From assembly GCA_040403075.1 (NCBI GenBank), contig JBBALJ010000001.1, forward strand, positions 18,731 through 82,730: a stretch of 64,000 nucleotides of DNA, read 5' to 3'. Source of the DNA: Bacteroidia bacterium. Lineage in GTDB: Bacteria > Bacteroidota > Bacteroidia > UKL13-3. Both the position numbers and the translations under genes were made by a program. Of the stretch, positions 27,671-36,976 are shown in pieces; positions within the stretch are counted from its first letter, which is position 1, and each line of letters opens with the position of its first letter. Below the pieces are notes generated by a model. The model had not been told where the DNA came from. It saw nothing but the letters and a program-made list of their open reading frames with translations, and did no database searches.

Positions 27671-28884
27671 GTTTTATTTCCCTCCTTATAAAGAGTAATA
27701 TACTTTGTTACTTGAGTTTGGAAATTATAGTTTTCAGTCACATTATTAACACAATCTTTACTGTATTTATTTTTTCCAGTTTCAATTACTAATTTAGTTT
27801 TTTCAAAAAGTTCGTTAATGTCATTTGATTCAACAATAAACCCGGTATTCTCTTTAACTAATTCTGGGGAAGCTGTATTATTGAACACAATTACGGGCGT
27901 TCCACATGCCTGGGCTTCCAATGTAACCAATCCAAACGATTCGGCAATTGAAGGATTTACAAATACATCAGCAATAGTGTAAAAATAAACTAATTCTTCT
28001 TCATTTTCCGTTCTCTTTATACCTACAATATTTTTAGGTAACAATTTTATTTGCCTTTCATTTAAACCAATCAAAACAATTTTATAATTTTCTGGAATTA
28101 ACTTAGAAAGTTCAAAAAAAACTGCCAATCCTTTTAAATCACTCCAAATATTAGCAACCCCTAAAATTATTTTTTTATCTTGAAGTTGGTATTTTAATAA
28201 AATGTCACTAAAATTTTTTTCTACTTTTCTAAAAACATCAACATTAATTCCGTTGTGGATGGTTACTATAGATTTGTTTTTAAAAAAAGAATCCTGAGTC
28301 ATCTTCATCATCCAATCGGAAACTGGAACTATTGTTAATTTTTTTAGGTTAGTAAATAATTCTTTCTTTAACCTAAAGTTTCTTTTCGAATTATCTATAA
28401 AAAGTGATTTGGGATAATATTTAGTCAATTCACAATCATAACACTCAGTTTTCCATTTTTTGCAATTCACACGCTCAAAATGACAGCAATGACCTGTAAA
28501 TGGCCAGCAATCATGAAAAGTCCATACAATTGGCTTATTTAACTTTTCTAAATATGTAAATAGAACTTCTAGATTAATGTAATAACCATGAATTTGATGT
28601 AAATGAATAACATCTGGATTTAATCCTTCAATATACTTTATTAATTTGTTCGTTGCACTTTTGGATCCATATCCATGCAAATCGAATATTCTTGTAAGTA
28701 TTAGATGATAAAGTTGTTCAAACCTATTTCCAATTTTAAATACTTTAGATTCGCTTTTTCTGAAATTCCTTCCGAAAGCAATATAACTTTCAAAATTATT
28801 TTTAATAAGTTCCTTTCCTATTCCCTCAGCTATTTTACCTGTACTTCCAGTATTGACAGAAATATCTATTTGTAAAACTCTCAT
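27667..28884 (-). CDS. GT4 glycosyltransferase with Cys-rich insert (tandem paralog 2)
   Basis: 405 aa and collinear with 26447..27670. HDCWPFTGHCCHFERVNCKKWKTECYDCE and ESFGLVTLEAQACGTP. Confidence 0.85.
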   Translation of the reverse strand: MRVLQIDISVNTGSTGKIAEGIGKELIKNNFESYIAFGRNFRKSESKVFKIGNRFEQLYHLILTRIFDLHGYGSKSATNKLIKYIEGLNPDVIHLHQIHGYYINLEVLFTYLEKLNKPIVWTFHDCWPFTGHCCHFERVNCKKWKTECYDCELTKYYPKSLFIDNSKRNFRLKKELFTNLKKLTIVPVSDWMMKMTQDSFFKNKSIVTIHNGINVDVFRKVEKNFSDILLKYQLQDKKIILGVANIWSDLKGLAVFFELSKLIPENYKIVLIGLNERQIKLLPKNIVGIKRTENEEELVYFYTIADVFVNPSIAESFGLVTLEAQACGTPVIVFNNTASPELVKENTGFIVESNDINELFEKTKLVIETGKNKYSKDCVNNVTENYNFQTQVTKYITLYKEGNKT

Positions 28885-29136
28885 ATTTAAATAAATAAAC
28901 TTAAACCTTTCTTTGCCAATTTTTCAATATTAAAACTAATTCTTGGGATATTCAACTTTAATTCTAATACAACAAATCGATTTATTTGTTTGTAAGTTCG
29001 AATTTGTTTTTTTCTAATCAAATTGCAAAATTTAATTTCTAAACAGATTTAGCATTTTGTATGTACTCCCATTGCAATTATCATTAAAAAATCAACTCTT
29101 ACTTTTAACATATAGGCACAATTAATTCTAATCGAT

Positions 29137-30210
29137 TTATTGTAATCCCTTTTCAAATACGAAATATTCAAAATCTTTATAACTTCTTTCTAAGGTATAT
29201 TTTTCTCTGATTTTAAAAGCCTCTGTTTTTATTTTGGTTCTTAATTCTTCATTTTCTATAAGCTCATTTAAGCATTGAACCAATTCCTCAACATTTCCAG
29301 GCTGAAAAAGCAATCCATTTATTTTATGTTCAATTATTTCGCGTGGTCCTGCCACACAATCACTGCTTATACAAGGTATTGGAACTGACATGGCTTCGAT
29401 TAATGCATTAGGGAATCCCTCATAAAAAGAAGGAAGCACAAACACCGATGCTGATGCCAAATGTGATCTAAAATCAAGCAAATGTCCTAAAAAACTAACA
29501 TCCTTTTCAATACACAGGTTTTTGGATTGTTCAATTAAATTATCTAGCTCTAGTCCATCACCTATAATTATTAATTTCCATCCTTTTTTCTCTTTAATTC
29601 TGGAGAATGCTTCTATTAATATTTTATGGCCTTTTTCTCTTGAAAGCCTGCCGATAGAAATAATTTGTTTTTGGGGATTCAATTCCGCTATGTCGATAGG
29701 ATTCAGTATGTTTGGAATAACTTCTATATTTTTTATTCTAAACCTATTACTCAACAAGCTTTTTGCCCTTTCAGTTTGAACAATCAATCCATCAGCCAGA
29801 GGGTATGTTAATTTATTAAAAAAGTTTAGAAATAATCCATACCCTAACTCAGGCCCCATTCTGTTTGTTATGAATACTCTCACCTTTAATAGAAGGGTAG
29901 CTACAACAGTATAAGAGTTATACCAATCCCCAAAAGAAATAACAACTTCAGCTTTAATATCCTTTACTTCTCTTCTGATAAATGGAATTAATTTTAAAGC
30001 GTATATATATTTACTATTTTTTTCTCTATCTACATTGGGCCAAATTATTACTATACTTTTATCTAAAGTAAAAAAAACATCTGTTTTAAATAAACAAATA
30101 ATTACTACCTCATAACCATTCCTTGCAAATTCATTTGCATAATTTGTTAATGCCCTTTCCTGACCACCTCCTGAAAGTCCACCTGAAACAAAGCAAATTT
30201 TTTTAGTCAT
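29137..30210 (-). CDS. GT4 glycosyltransferase
   Basis: 357 aa. KICFVSGGLSGGGQERA at the N-terminus, and SFYEGFPNALIEAMSVPIPCISSD as the E-x7-E region. Confidence 0.85.
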   Translation of the reverse strand: MTKKICFVSGGLSGGGQERALTNYANEFARNGYEVVIICLFKTDVFFTLDKSIVIIWPNVDREKNSKYIYALKLIPFIRREVKDIKAEVVISFGDWYNSYTVVATLLLKVRVFITNRMGPELGYGLFLNFFNKLTYPLADGLIVQTERAKSLLSNRFRIKNIEVIPNILNPIDIAELNPQKQIISIGRLSREKGHKILIEAFSRIKEKKGWKLIIIGDGLELDNLIEQSKNLCIEKDVSFLGHLLDFRSHLASASVFVLPSFYEGFPNALIEAMSVPIPCISSDCVAGPREIIEHKINGLLFQPGNVEELVQCLNELIENEELRTKIKTEAFKIREKYTLERSYKDFEYFVFEKGLQ

Positions 30211-31132
30211 TCTTCAAGTTTATTAGCTCGCCATATTTATAATCGAAATGAATGGGTTTTATTTGATCAAATCCCCCACCGTGGTGTTGGGTAATTTCGC
30301 CAAAATAAATTTTACCATCTACATCGTAAAAATCTATTCTTACATATGGAAATAATTTCCCGATTTCTTCGGCTATTTCAATCATTTTATCCATAGTATA
30401 TGGCTTTTCTATTTCATCCCCCCTCAACTCTTGAGTATTTTTATTTTTATTAGCCCAAGTAAAATATAATGGTTCCCAATTTCTATTATAAATATTTCTT
30501 TTGTTGGCATTTTCTCTATCAACAGAAACATAAATGAATTCAGTTTTCCCATTGATAACGTTTATTTTGTAGTCAAAAGGAATAATACCAGCCTTTGTTA
30601 TTAACAACTTTTCAACGATTATTCGAGGTTTAATATTTTTATATTGCCACTCTCTATCAAACCAATAATAATTATTGCTCATCCACCAACGACAGTCTAG
30701 TCGTAATTTATTCCAATCTACCTTGTTTTTATCTTTAACTATCAAATAACTACCTGAGTCATGATTTGCCTTGATAATAAAAGGAAAGTCAGGCATATTT
30801 TCAGGTTTCACATCGTAATAATTCGTAGTTGTGTATACCAGTGGCACCAAATATTCTTCTCCAATTTTTTCTTTAATGAATTCCCGAATAGCATATTTAT
30901 CAGCTAATTGTGTATGAAATTCAGCCCTATTATGAATTTTCAACCACTGGATTTTTTCGTTTAAAGTTTTTGGTTCGTTTAAATTTAATTTATATCCTTG
31001 TCGTTTAAAAAATAATTCACTCAAGTATTTTTCATCAGATTTGTGGTCGTATTTTAAATACCTACCTACTTTATAAATAATTTTATAAATAATAAATCCT
31101 AATTCGCCTCTATACTTTAAATTGTTAAGCAT
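30203..31132 (-). CDS. TupA-like ATP-grasp amidoligase
   Basis: 309 aa. NLNEPKTLNEKIQWLKIHN, LADKYAIREFIKEKIGEEYLVPL, FIIKANHDSG and FGEITQHHGGGF are hallmarks of the ATPgrasp_TupA family as I recall it. Confidence 0.75.
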   Translation of the reverse strand: MLNNLKYRGELGFIIYKIIYKVGRYLKYDHKSDEKYLSELFFKRQGYKLNLNEPKTLNEKIQWLKIHNRAEFHTQLADKYAIREFIKEKIGEEYLVPLVYTTTNYYDVKPENMPDFPFIIKANHDSGSYLIVKDKNKVDWNKLRLDCRWWMSNNYYWFDREWQYKNIKPRIIVEKLLITKAGIIPFDYKINVINGKTEFIYVSVDRENANKRNIYNRNWEPLYFTWANKNKNTQELRGDEIEKPYTMDKMIEIAEEIGKLFPYVRIDFYDVDGKIYFGEITQHHGGGFDQIKPIHFDYKYGELINLKND

Positions 31133-31811
31133 TTCTATTAATTATTAATTCGTTAAAGTTATGTTGTTTAACCCAGTTTTGACTTTTATTATATGAAATT
31201 ACAAATCTTTCTTTTGCCCAATTAAATAATGGTAAATCAGTAATGCTATCTGAGTATACAATTGTATTTTCAAAATCTAATTTCTCATCCAATATTAACT
31301 TATTCAGCAGTAATACCTTTTGTTCAAACATACAGTCTTTTCCATCTAGAAATCCTGAGGCTTTATTATCCATAATTTTTATTTTACTACTCAAGAGATA
31401 ATTGATTCCAAATTCTTCACAAAACAACTTTAGGTAAAAATCATACCCCCCAGAAATAATCAACACAATATTTTTCTTTTTAATATCTTGTTGAAGTCTT
31501 TCTAAAATGAGGCTGTTGAAATTTGGTTTTATTAAACCTTCATAGTACTTGACAGCCAGCCCATTTAATTGCAATTCACTTACATTTCTTATTTTTAGGA
31601 GGTTTATTTTTTTTGACAAATTTAATTTAGGGTTTATCAAATTAATTATGGCAAAAAATCTAGATTTAATCAAAATTTTTTCTAGTGAGGATATAAAACT
31701 ATTAGGGTTTATGCTATCTGAACAATAGTTAATAAATCTGTCGGCAGTTTGAATTGAAACAATTGTTTCACAAAAATCATAAATTACCAAATTAGGCTTT
31801 GTATTATTCAT
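31125..31811 (-). CDS. HAD-superfamily (subfamily IB-like) phosphatase
   Basis: 228 aa. N-terminal LVIYDFCETI (DxC/DxD-like nucleophile motif), ISGGYD, and YSDSITDLPL (terminal acidic motif). Confidence 0.65.
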   Translation of the reverse strand: MNNTKPNLVIYDFCETIVSIQTADRFINYCSDSINPNSFISSLEKILIKSRFFAIINLINPKLNLSKKINLLKIRNVSELQLNGLAVKYYEGLIKPNFNSLILERLQQDIKKKNIVLIISGGYDFYLKLFCEEFGINYLLSSKIKIMDNKASGFLDGKDCMFEQKVLLLNKLILDEKLDFENTIVYSDSITDLPLFNWAKERFVISYNKSQNWVKQHNFNELIINRNA

Positions 31812-32970
31812 ATATACTTTTCAACGCCTCTAAAATGATAATATTCTCTTCAAACGAACGAGAAGCAATACGCAAAAACTGACCTTCTAAGCCTATTTTA
31901 TCAGAACATTCTCTAACATAAACTCCATACGAGTATAATAATTTAATCATTACTTCTGTGGCATTGGAACCATCTGTCAACTCAACTAATGCGAAATTAG
32001 CCCTTGATGGGTATACTTTAATGTTTGGTATTCTATTTAATTCATTTAGAAACATCAATGTATTCATGATGTATTTTTTACGAACTACATCATACTTTTT
32101 TTGAAAATCAGGTCTAGAATACAATTTAAAAAAATAATCAGTTAAACCAGAAACATTCCATAAATAACCTGTATCTAAAAGTTGTTTTACTTTATTACTA
32201 TCCATTATTCCATATCCAGCCCTAATACCCGCTATACCAAAATCTTTAGCCATGCTTTTCACAATAATTAGGTTTGGATATTCTTTTAACCAATTATAGG
32301 TATCAATCATTGATAAATCAAGATTTTCATAAGCAAAGTGAATAAAGCTTTCATCAAGAATTATATTATTCACAAAACTTAATTCTTTTAATAAACGATT
32401 GATGCTATCTTTATTAATATAATCCCCATTTGGATTATTTGGATTAATAAGAACTATGGTATCCGGTTTCTCTTGTTTTACAAAATCAATATAATTATCA
32501 ATATCTAGGACATAATTGTTTTCCTTTTTTAATTGATAAAAAATAATGTCTTCTTTATTTTTTACATATTCATAATAAGAAGAAAAAGTGGGAATATTCA
32601 CAATTATTTTGCCATTTAAAAAATTGTGAAGGATGGCTTGGATGATTTCTATGGCTCCATTTCCAATAAAAATATTTTCATCAGGAATATTTATATTTTG
32701 GGATAAGTATAATGCTATTTCCTTATTTTGAGGAGGATAGGCTTCGATTATATGATGCAATTTTTTAGTTGAAACCAGTTCTTTTTCAAAAAAATCTATA
32801 AAAACTTGTGTAGCATATGGATTTGATAAAAAACAAGCATCAACTTTTATCCCAGTACCTCCTATTTCTTCCATCAATGAAATGATACTAGGGGAGTGGC
32901 TTCCGCTTTTTGATTTTAGTTCTTTAAATTTATTATAAAAAACTGCTTCTTCTTTATTTAATCTAATCAT
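31804..32970 (-). CDS. Class I/II PLP enzyme, HisC/CobD-like aminotransferase or phospho-amino-acid decarboxylase
   Basis: 388 aa. LINPNNPNG, LDESFIHF and KSMAKDFGIAGIRAGY (PLP lysine context). Confidence 0.8.
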   Translation of the reverse strand: MIRLNKEEAVFYNKFKELKSKSGSHSPSIISLMEEIGGTGIKVDACFLSNPYATQVFIDFFEKELVSTKKLHHIIEAYPPQNKEIALYLSQNINIPDENIFIGNGAIEIIQAILHNFLNGKIIVNIPTFSSYYEYVKNKEDIIFYQLKKENNYVLDIDNYIDFVKQEKPDTIVLINPNNPNGDYINKDSINRLLKELSFVNNIILDESFIHFAYENLDLSMIDTYNWLKEYPNLIIVKSMAKDFGIAGIRAGYGIMDSNKVKQLLDTGYLWNVSGLTDYFFKLYSRPDFQKKYDVVRKKYIMNTLMFLNELNRIPNIKVYPSRANFALVELTDGSNATEVMIKLLYSYGVYVRECSDKIGLEGQFLRIASRSFEENIIILEALKSIYE

Positions 32971-34078
32971 TATTATTTAATTTAATTATTTTTCCAATAT
33001 TATCGGATGTAGTAAACTCAACTTCAGGCCATTTTATTAAAATTCTTTTTATTAGATTTTCAAGTCCTTTTAAATTTATTGTTCTATTATCCTCTAGGAG
33101 TTCTCCAATAAAATTAATACGGTGTGAACTTATTATGGCTGGCTTGTTCCATAAGAAGGCATTATTGATTTCGTGCAGGGTTTTATAATAATCTGTTTTG
33201 TCAATTGATGGTTCAAAACTGCAATTTCGAATTAAATAATATTGATCCAAATTATTTTTTATCCCTAAATGGTGTCTAATTAATTTTCTCTTATTGTTGT
33301 CCGTTTTAGGTAATATTTGATATTTCATACCTTGTAAAAATTCTATACCATTTGAGGACAAAGTATAATTTAGTGTTGAATTCCAAATAAAATTATTAGC
33401 AATGAAAGATTTAGATCTATATCCAAAAAGTTTTTCAAATAATTTTAAACCATCAACAATATTATTTGATAACAATTCATCATTTAATGAGTCAAAAGTT
33501 GCCTGAATACTCTTTGATAAATTTGGAAAAACGTCATTGCTCAAACCCCAAAGATTATTTTCAAACGCTATTTGAAAATGATTGTTAGTTTTAAGTAAAT
33601 CAAGCCACATTTCAATATTTACATGTTCACGACCATGAAACTGTGGATAAAATATTTTTTCTTTAATTCCTTGTTGGTAATACTCAAATACCTTATCATG
33701 GTTTGGATAATGCTTTAAAGTTTCGGTAAATGGTTCAAAATGGTATTCATTGAATTTAGATTCCTTTATTTTTTCAAAATTCGGATTTGCTACCACTGTA
33801 TTTGCCGTTATTACTGGGTGATTTCCATTTTGATCTTTATATTTTAATAAAACTTCAAAAAGCAACTCTAAATCTTTATTCGATTCTAAAGAATCAAATT
33901 TACAATATGCACTTTTTTCAACGGGAATACCTGCATCTTTAAGTCTATTGAATACTGTTAATGATGGCATTCTAATACTTCCCCAATCATCAGATTCAAA
34001 AACCACTATTTTTCTATTGGTATTAAAACCTTTGTAATTAATTAAACTGTTACTTATAAATTGTTTAAACGAATTCAC
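32963..34078 (-). CDS. CE4/NodB-like polysaccharide deacetylase-fold protein (paralog B)
   Basis: 371 aa. IVVFESDDWG, FHGREHVN, SSHRINF and C-terminal KWPEVEF. Same motif order as paralog A. Confidence 0.5.
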   Translation of the reverse strand: MNSFKQFISNSLINYKGFNTNRKIVVFESDDWGSIRMPSLTVFNRLKDAGIPVEKSAYCKFDSLESNKDLELLFEVLLKYKDQNGNHPVITANTVVANPNFEKIKESKFNEYHFEPFTETLKHYPNHDKVFEYYQQGIKEKIFYPQFHGREHVNIEMWLDLLKTNNHFQIAFENNLWGLSNDVFPNLSKSIQATFDSLNDELLSNNIVDGLKLFEKLFGYRSKSFIANNFIWNSTLNYTLSSNGIEFLQGMKYQILPKTDNNKRKLIRHHLGIKNNLDQYYLIRNCSFEPSIDKTDYYKTLHEINNAFLWNKPAIISSHRINFIGELLEDNRTINLKGLENLIKRILIKWPEVEFTTSDNIGKIIKLNNND

Positions 34079-35237
34079 TCCAAACTACTCTTTTAATATA
34101 ATCAGTATAACTAATAATAATACGTACCATTTTATCAGAAACATTTGGCATACTGTAATCATTTATAGGTCTAAATTTGCGTTGTTCTGACTTGCTATCA
34201 AACTCCAATTGCAAAAGGCCTTGCATAATTCTTTCTGTATTCAAACCCACCATCATAACAGCTGTTTCCTCCATAGCTTCTGGTCTTTCATGTGCTTCTC
34301 TAATATTTAAAGCAGGGAAATTAAGTATAGATGATTCTTCAGAAATTGTTCCACTATCAGATAAAACTGCAAACGAATGCATTTGCAAAGCATTGTAATC
34401 GCTAAAACCCATTGGTTTTAAAAATTGCACTTCTGATCTCACTTCAATCGATTTACTTTCAATCATTTTTCGAGTACGAGGGTGCGTGCTCACAATGATT
34501 GGGTAATGGTATTTATCTGCAATGGCATTTAAAGTATTAATTAAACCTAAAAAGTTCTTTTCACTATTTATGTTCTCTTCTCTATGTGATGAAACCACAA
34601 AGTACTTCTTTTCTTTTAGCCCTAATTTTGAAAGTATATCAGAAGCTTCAATTTTTTCTTTATAAAAATTCAAAACCTCAAACATTGGAGAACCTGTTTT
34701 AATAATTCTATCGGCAGGCAAACCTTCCCTTAGTAAATACTCTCTAGCAATATCGCTATAAGTCAAATTAATATCAGCAATATGATCTACTATTTTTCTA
34801 TTTGTTTCCTCAGGCACCCTTTGGTCAAAACACCTATTTCCTGCTTCCATGTGAAAAATGGGTATGTGTCGTTTTTTGGCTGGAATGGCACACAAACATG
34901 AGTTTGTATCTCCCAAAACCATAAATGCATCAGGATTAATTTCACCTAATAATGCATCAATTTTTATTAAAATCTGTCCAACCGTTTCAGTAGCTGTTTT
35001 ACCTGCTGCATTCAGAAAATGATCTGGCTTCCTAATTCCCATATCATCAAAAAATATTTGATTCAATTCATAATCATAATTTTGTCCAGTATGAACTATT
35101 ATATGATCGATTGAAGGAGATTCATCTAATTTGGCCATTACCCTAGAAAGTCTAATTATTTCTGGTCTAGTGCCAACCACAGTCATTACTTTTAGTTTGG
35201 TTACGGGTATTTGGTGATTGGTGATTGGTGTATTCAT
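34065..35237 (-). CDS. fnlC: UDP-N-acetylglucosamine 2-epimerase, non-hydrolysing (FnlC/CapG/WbjD type)
   Basis: 390 aa. MTVVGTRPEIIRLS, HTGQNYD, LVLGDTNS, HMEAGNRCFD and SDSGTISEE. Confidence 0.9.
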   Translation of the reverse strand: MNTPITNHQIPVTKLKVMTVVGTRPEIIRLSRVMAKLDESPSIDHIIVHTGQNYDYELNQIFFDDMGIRKPDHFLNAAGKTATETVGQILIKIDALLGEINPDAFMVLGDTNSCLCAIPAKKRHIPIFHMEAGNRCFDQRVPEETNRKIVDHIADINLTYSDIAREYLLREGLPADRIIKTGSPMFEVLNFYKEKIEASDILSKLGLKEKKYFVVSSHREENINSEKNFLGLINTLNAIADKYHYPIIVSTHPRTRKMIESKSIEVRSEVQFLKPMGFSDYNALQMHSFAVLSDSGTISEESSILNFPALNIREAHERPEAMEETAVMMVGLNTERIMQGLLQLEFDSKSEQRKFRPINDYSMPNVSDKMVRIIISYTDYIKRVVWSEFV

Positions 35238-35373
35238 TGTGTTTTATTTTTTTGTGATTATGGCTTACAGCTTTCAATTAGTGGTTTAAAATCAAATGTA
35301 TTGCTAAAATATTTATTCAATTTTAATACTCTTTTATTAAACTAATTGCCGAAAGCTAGCGGCCGATAATCTA

Positions 35374-36504
35374 TTAAACATTCTCAAAAAAAGTATCTGG
35401 ATCTGCAGGATCGTAAAATTCATTTATCCAAAATATGGTATATAATTCTTCTTCTCCATTGTTTTTAATATTGTGTGTGTACCATATCGGCATATCTACA
35501 TAGGCTGGCTCTTGTCCATCTAAATAAAAATCCAAAACTTCATCAGTCCCAATTTGCCTTAATTGAATTAATGCCTTTCCCTTAATAACAGCAAATCTCT
35601 CAATCTTACGGGTGTGAAAATGATTTCCTCGCGTGATTTGCGGCAGAGTTGTTGAAAATGAAACCTGACCCCCCACATTTAGCCTTATTATTTCAGTAAA
35701 AGCACCTCTTGGATCTTTATGACTTACAAACTTAACAGGGAAATGGGTTTTTAAAGGCATATAGCACCTAAAAGTATTGAACAACAAATAATCTAAACTT
35801 GATTTCAATTCAGGAATAATTCCACTTTTTTGATACTCGTTATAAAAAATACTAATCTTATCTAATAATTCAAGTACAGTGATTTCGTGGTTATGCTTAA
35901 CAAAATAAGTATTGGCAAAACTGCTCTTACTGGTAGCTTCATCAATATGCTTAATAAATTCGGTAACAAGTTCTCCTACATAAATTAAATTGATATTTCC
36001 ATTTGAATCAACTTTTGGTGTTTCACCATGAGATATTTGATGACAAAAAGTGGCCACCACAGAATTGTAATAAGGGTGTCCAAAAGGCCCAAAAACATTT
36101 GGTATGACTAAACCTGTAAATTGAGCATCATTTTTTTTAGCCCAATTAACAAATAATTCTCTTCCTTCCTTTTTGGATTTACCGTAAAGATTGTCTCTTT
36201 CTTCCTGAGTAGATGATGAGAACAACACATGTGCTTTCGAAGAAGTTCTTTCAAGTGATGCAATAAGTTTAGTGACCAAGTCAACATTGGTATCATAAAT
36301 AACATTTGCATCATTATGTCTGTTCATAGCAGCCAAATGAATTATTACATCACAGTTTTCAACAAAAGAATCCATTTTTGAGTCATCATCAAAAAATGAT
36401 TTTTCAAAAGGTATTCTTTCGTACTTATCTGCAAAAAGTCCTAGTGTGTTATAGATATGTTTACCAACAAAACCTGCTTGTCCTGTTATTCCAATTTTTA
36501 TCAT
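35374..36504 (-). CDS. fnlB: CapF/FnlB/WbjC-type bifunctional reductase (SDR domain + C-terminal cupin)
   Basis: 376 aa. N-terminal IGITGQAGFVGKH Rossmann and a C-terminal cupin segment (GNHFHTRKIERFAVIKGKA...). This is the domain pair characteristic of CapF. Confidence 0.85.
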   Translation of the reverse strand: MIKIGITGQAGFVGKHIYNTLGLFADKYERIPFEKSFFDDDSKMDSFVENCDVIIHLAAMNRHNDANVIYDTNVDLVTKLIASLERTSSKAHVLFSSSTQEERDNLYGKSKKEGRELFVNWAKKNDAQFTGLVIPNVFGPFGHPYYNSVVATFCHQISHGETPKVDSNGNINLIYVGELVTEFIKHIDEATSKSSFANTYFVKHNHEITVLELLDKISIFYNEYQKSGIIPELKSSLDYLLFNTFRCYMPLKTHFPVKFVSHKDPRGAFTEIIRLNVGGQVSFSTTLPQITRGNHFHTRKIERFAVIKGKALIQLRQIGTDEVLDFYLDGQEPAYVDMPIWYTHNIKNNGEEELYTIFWINEFYDPADPDTFFENV

Positions 36505-36545
36505 ATGTTTTAAATTATATACCTATCATCATTAGCCAATTGGTT

Positions 36546-36965
36546 TTATAACGCCCAAGTATTTATATCAAATTTAATATTATCAGTAGCTGCTTTTTCA
36601 ATATCAAAATCCGAAAAAACCAACAATTTAGATTCTTTTTCTAATGAAACGATACCATTGGCATATCCAGGAGGTATATGCAAAATTTCACTTTTAGATT
36701 CGAATAATGTCAAAGTTTCTACTTTTAATTGTTTGGATGGATTCTCCCAATTATCAGGCTGAACCAAACCAACAGCGAAACTACCTTTCAAACAATAGAA
36801 CCATTTGGATTCGAATTGATGTCCTTGCCAAGCTCTCTTTGGGTTTTCTTCAGAGTTCTCTATCACATAAAACCTCCTAACCTTATCCATGTCAAAATCA
36901 TTTACATGAAAAAGGCTCCCCCTATTTTCTGTAAAAATCCCACCTATAATGATTGAGTAAGTCAT
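36546..36965 (-). CDS. WxcM/FdtA-like cupin (sugar ketoisomerase-like) protein
   Basis: 139 aa. ENRGSLFHVNDFD, RFYVI, AWQGHQFE and LHIPPGYANG. It lies between the FnlA-like and FnlB-like genes. Confidence 0.65.
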   Translation of the reverse strand: MTYSIIIGGIFTENRGSLFHVNDFDMDKVRRFYVIENSEENPKRAWQGHQFESKWFYCLKGSFAVGLVQPDNWENPSKQLKVETLTLFESKSEILHIPPGYANGIVSLEKESKLLVFSDFDIEKAATDNIKFDINTWAL

Positions 36966-36976
36966 AATAAATTGGC

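Noticed and set aside
35348-35363. GC-rich mini-palindrome (GCCGAAAGCTAGCGGC, overlapping GCTAGC and CGGCCG) just after the CapF-like stop, considered as a terminator
   Set aside because: The stem is only 4 bp with an 8-nt loop and no adjacent T-run on the transcribed strand. That is too weak to call, and it may simply be a compositional oddity.
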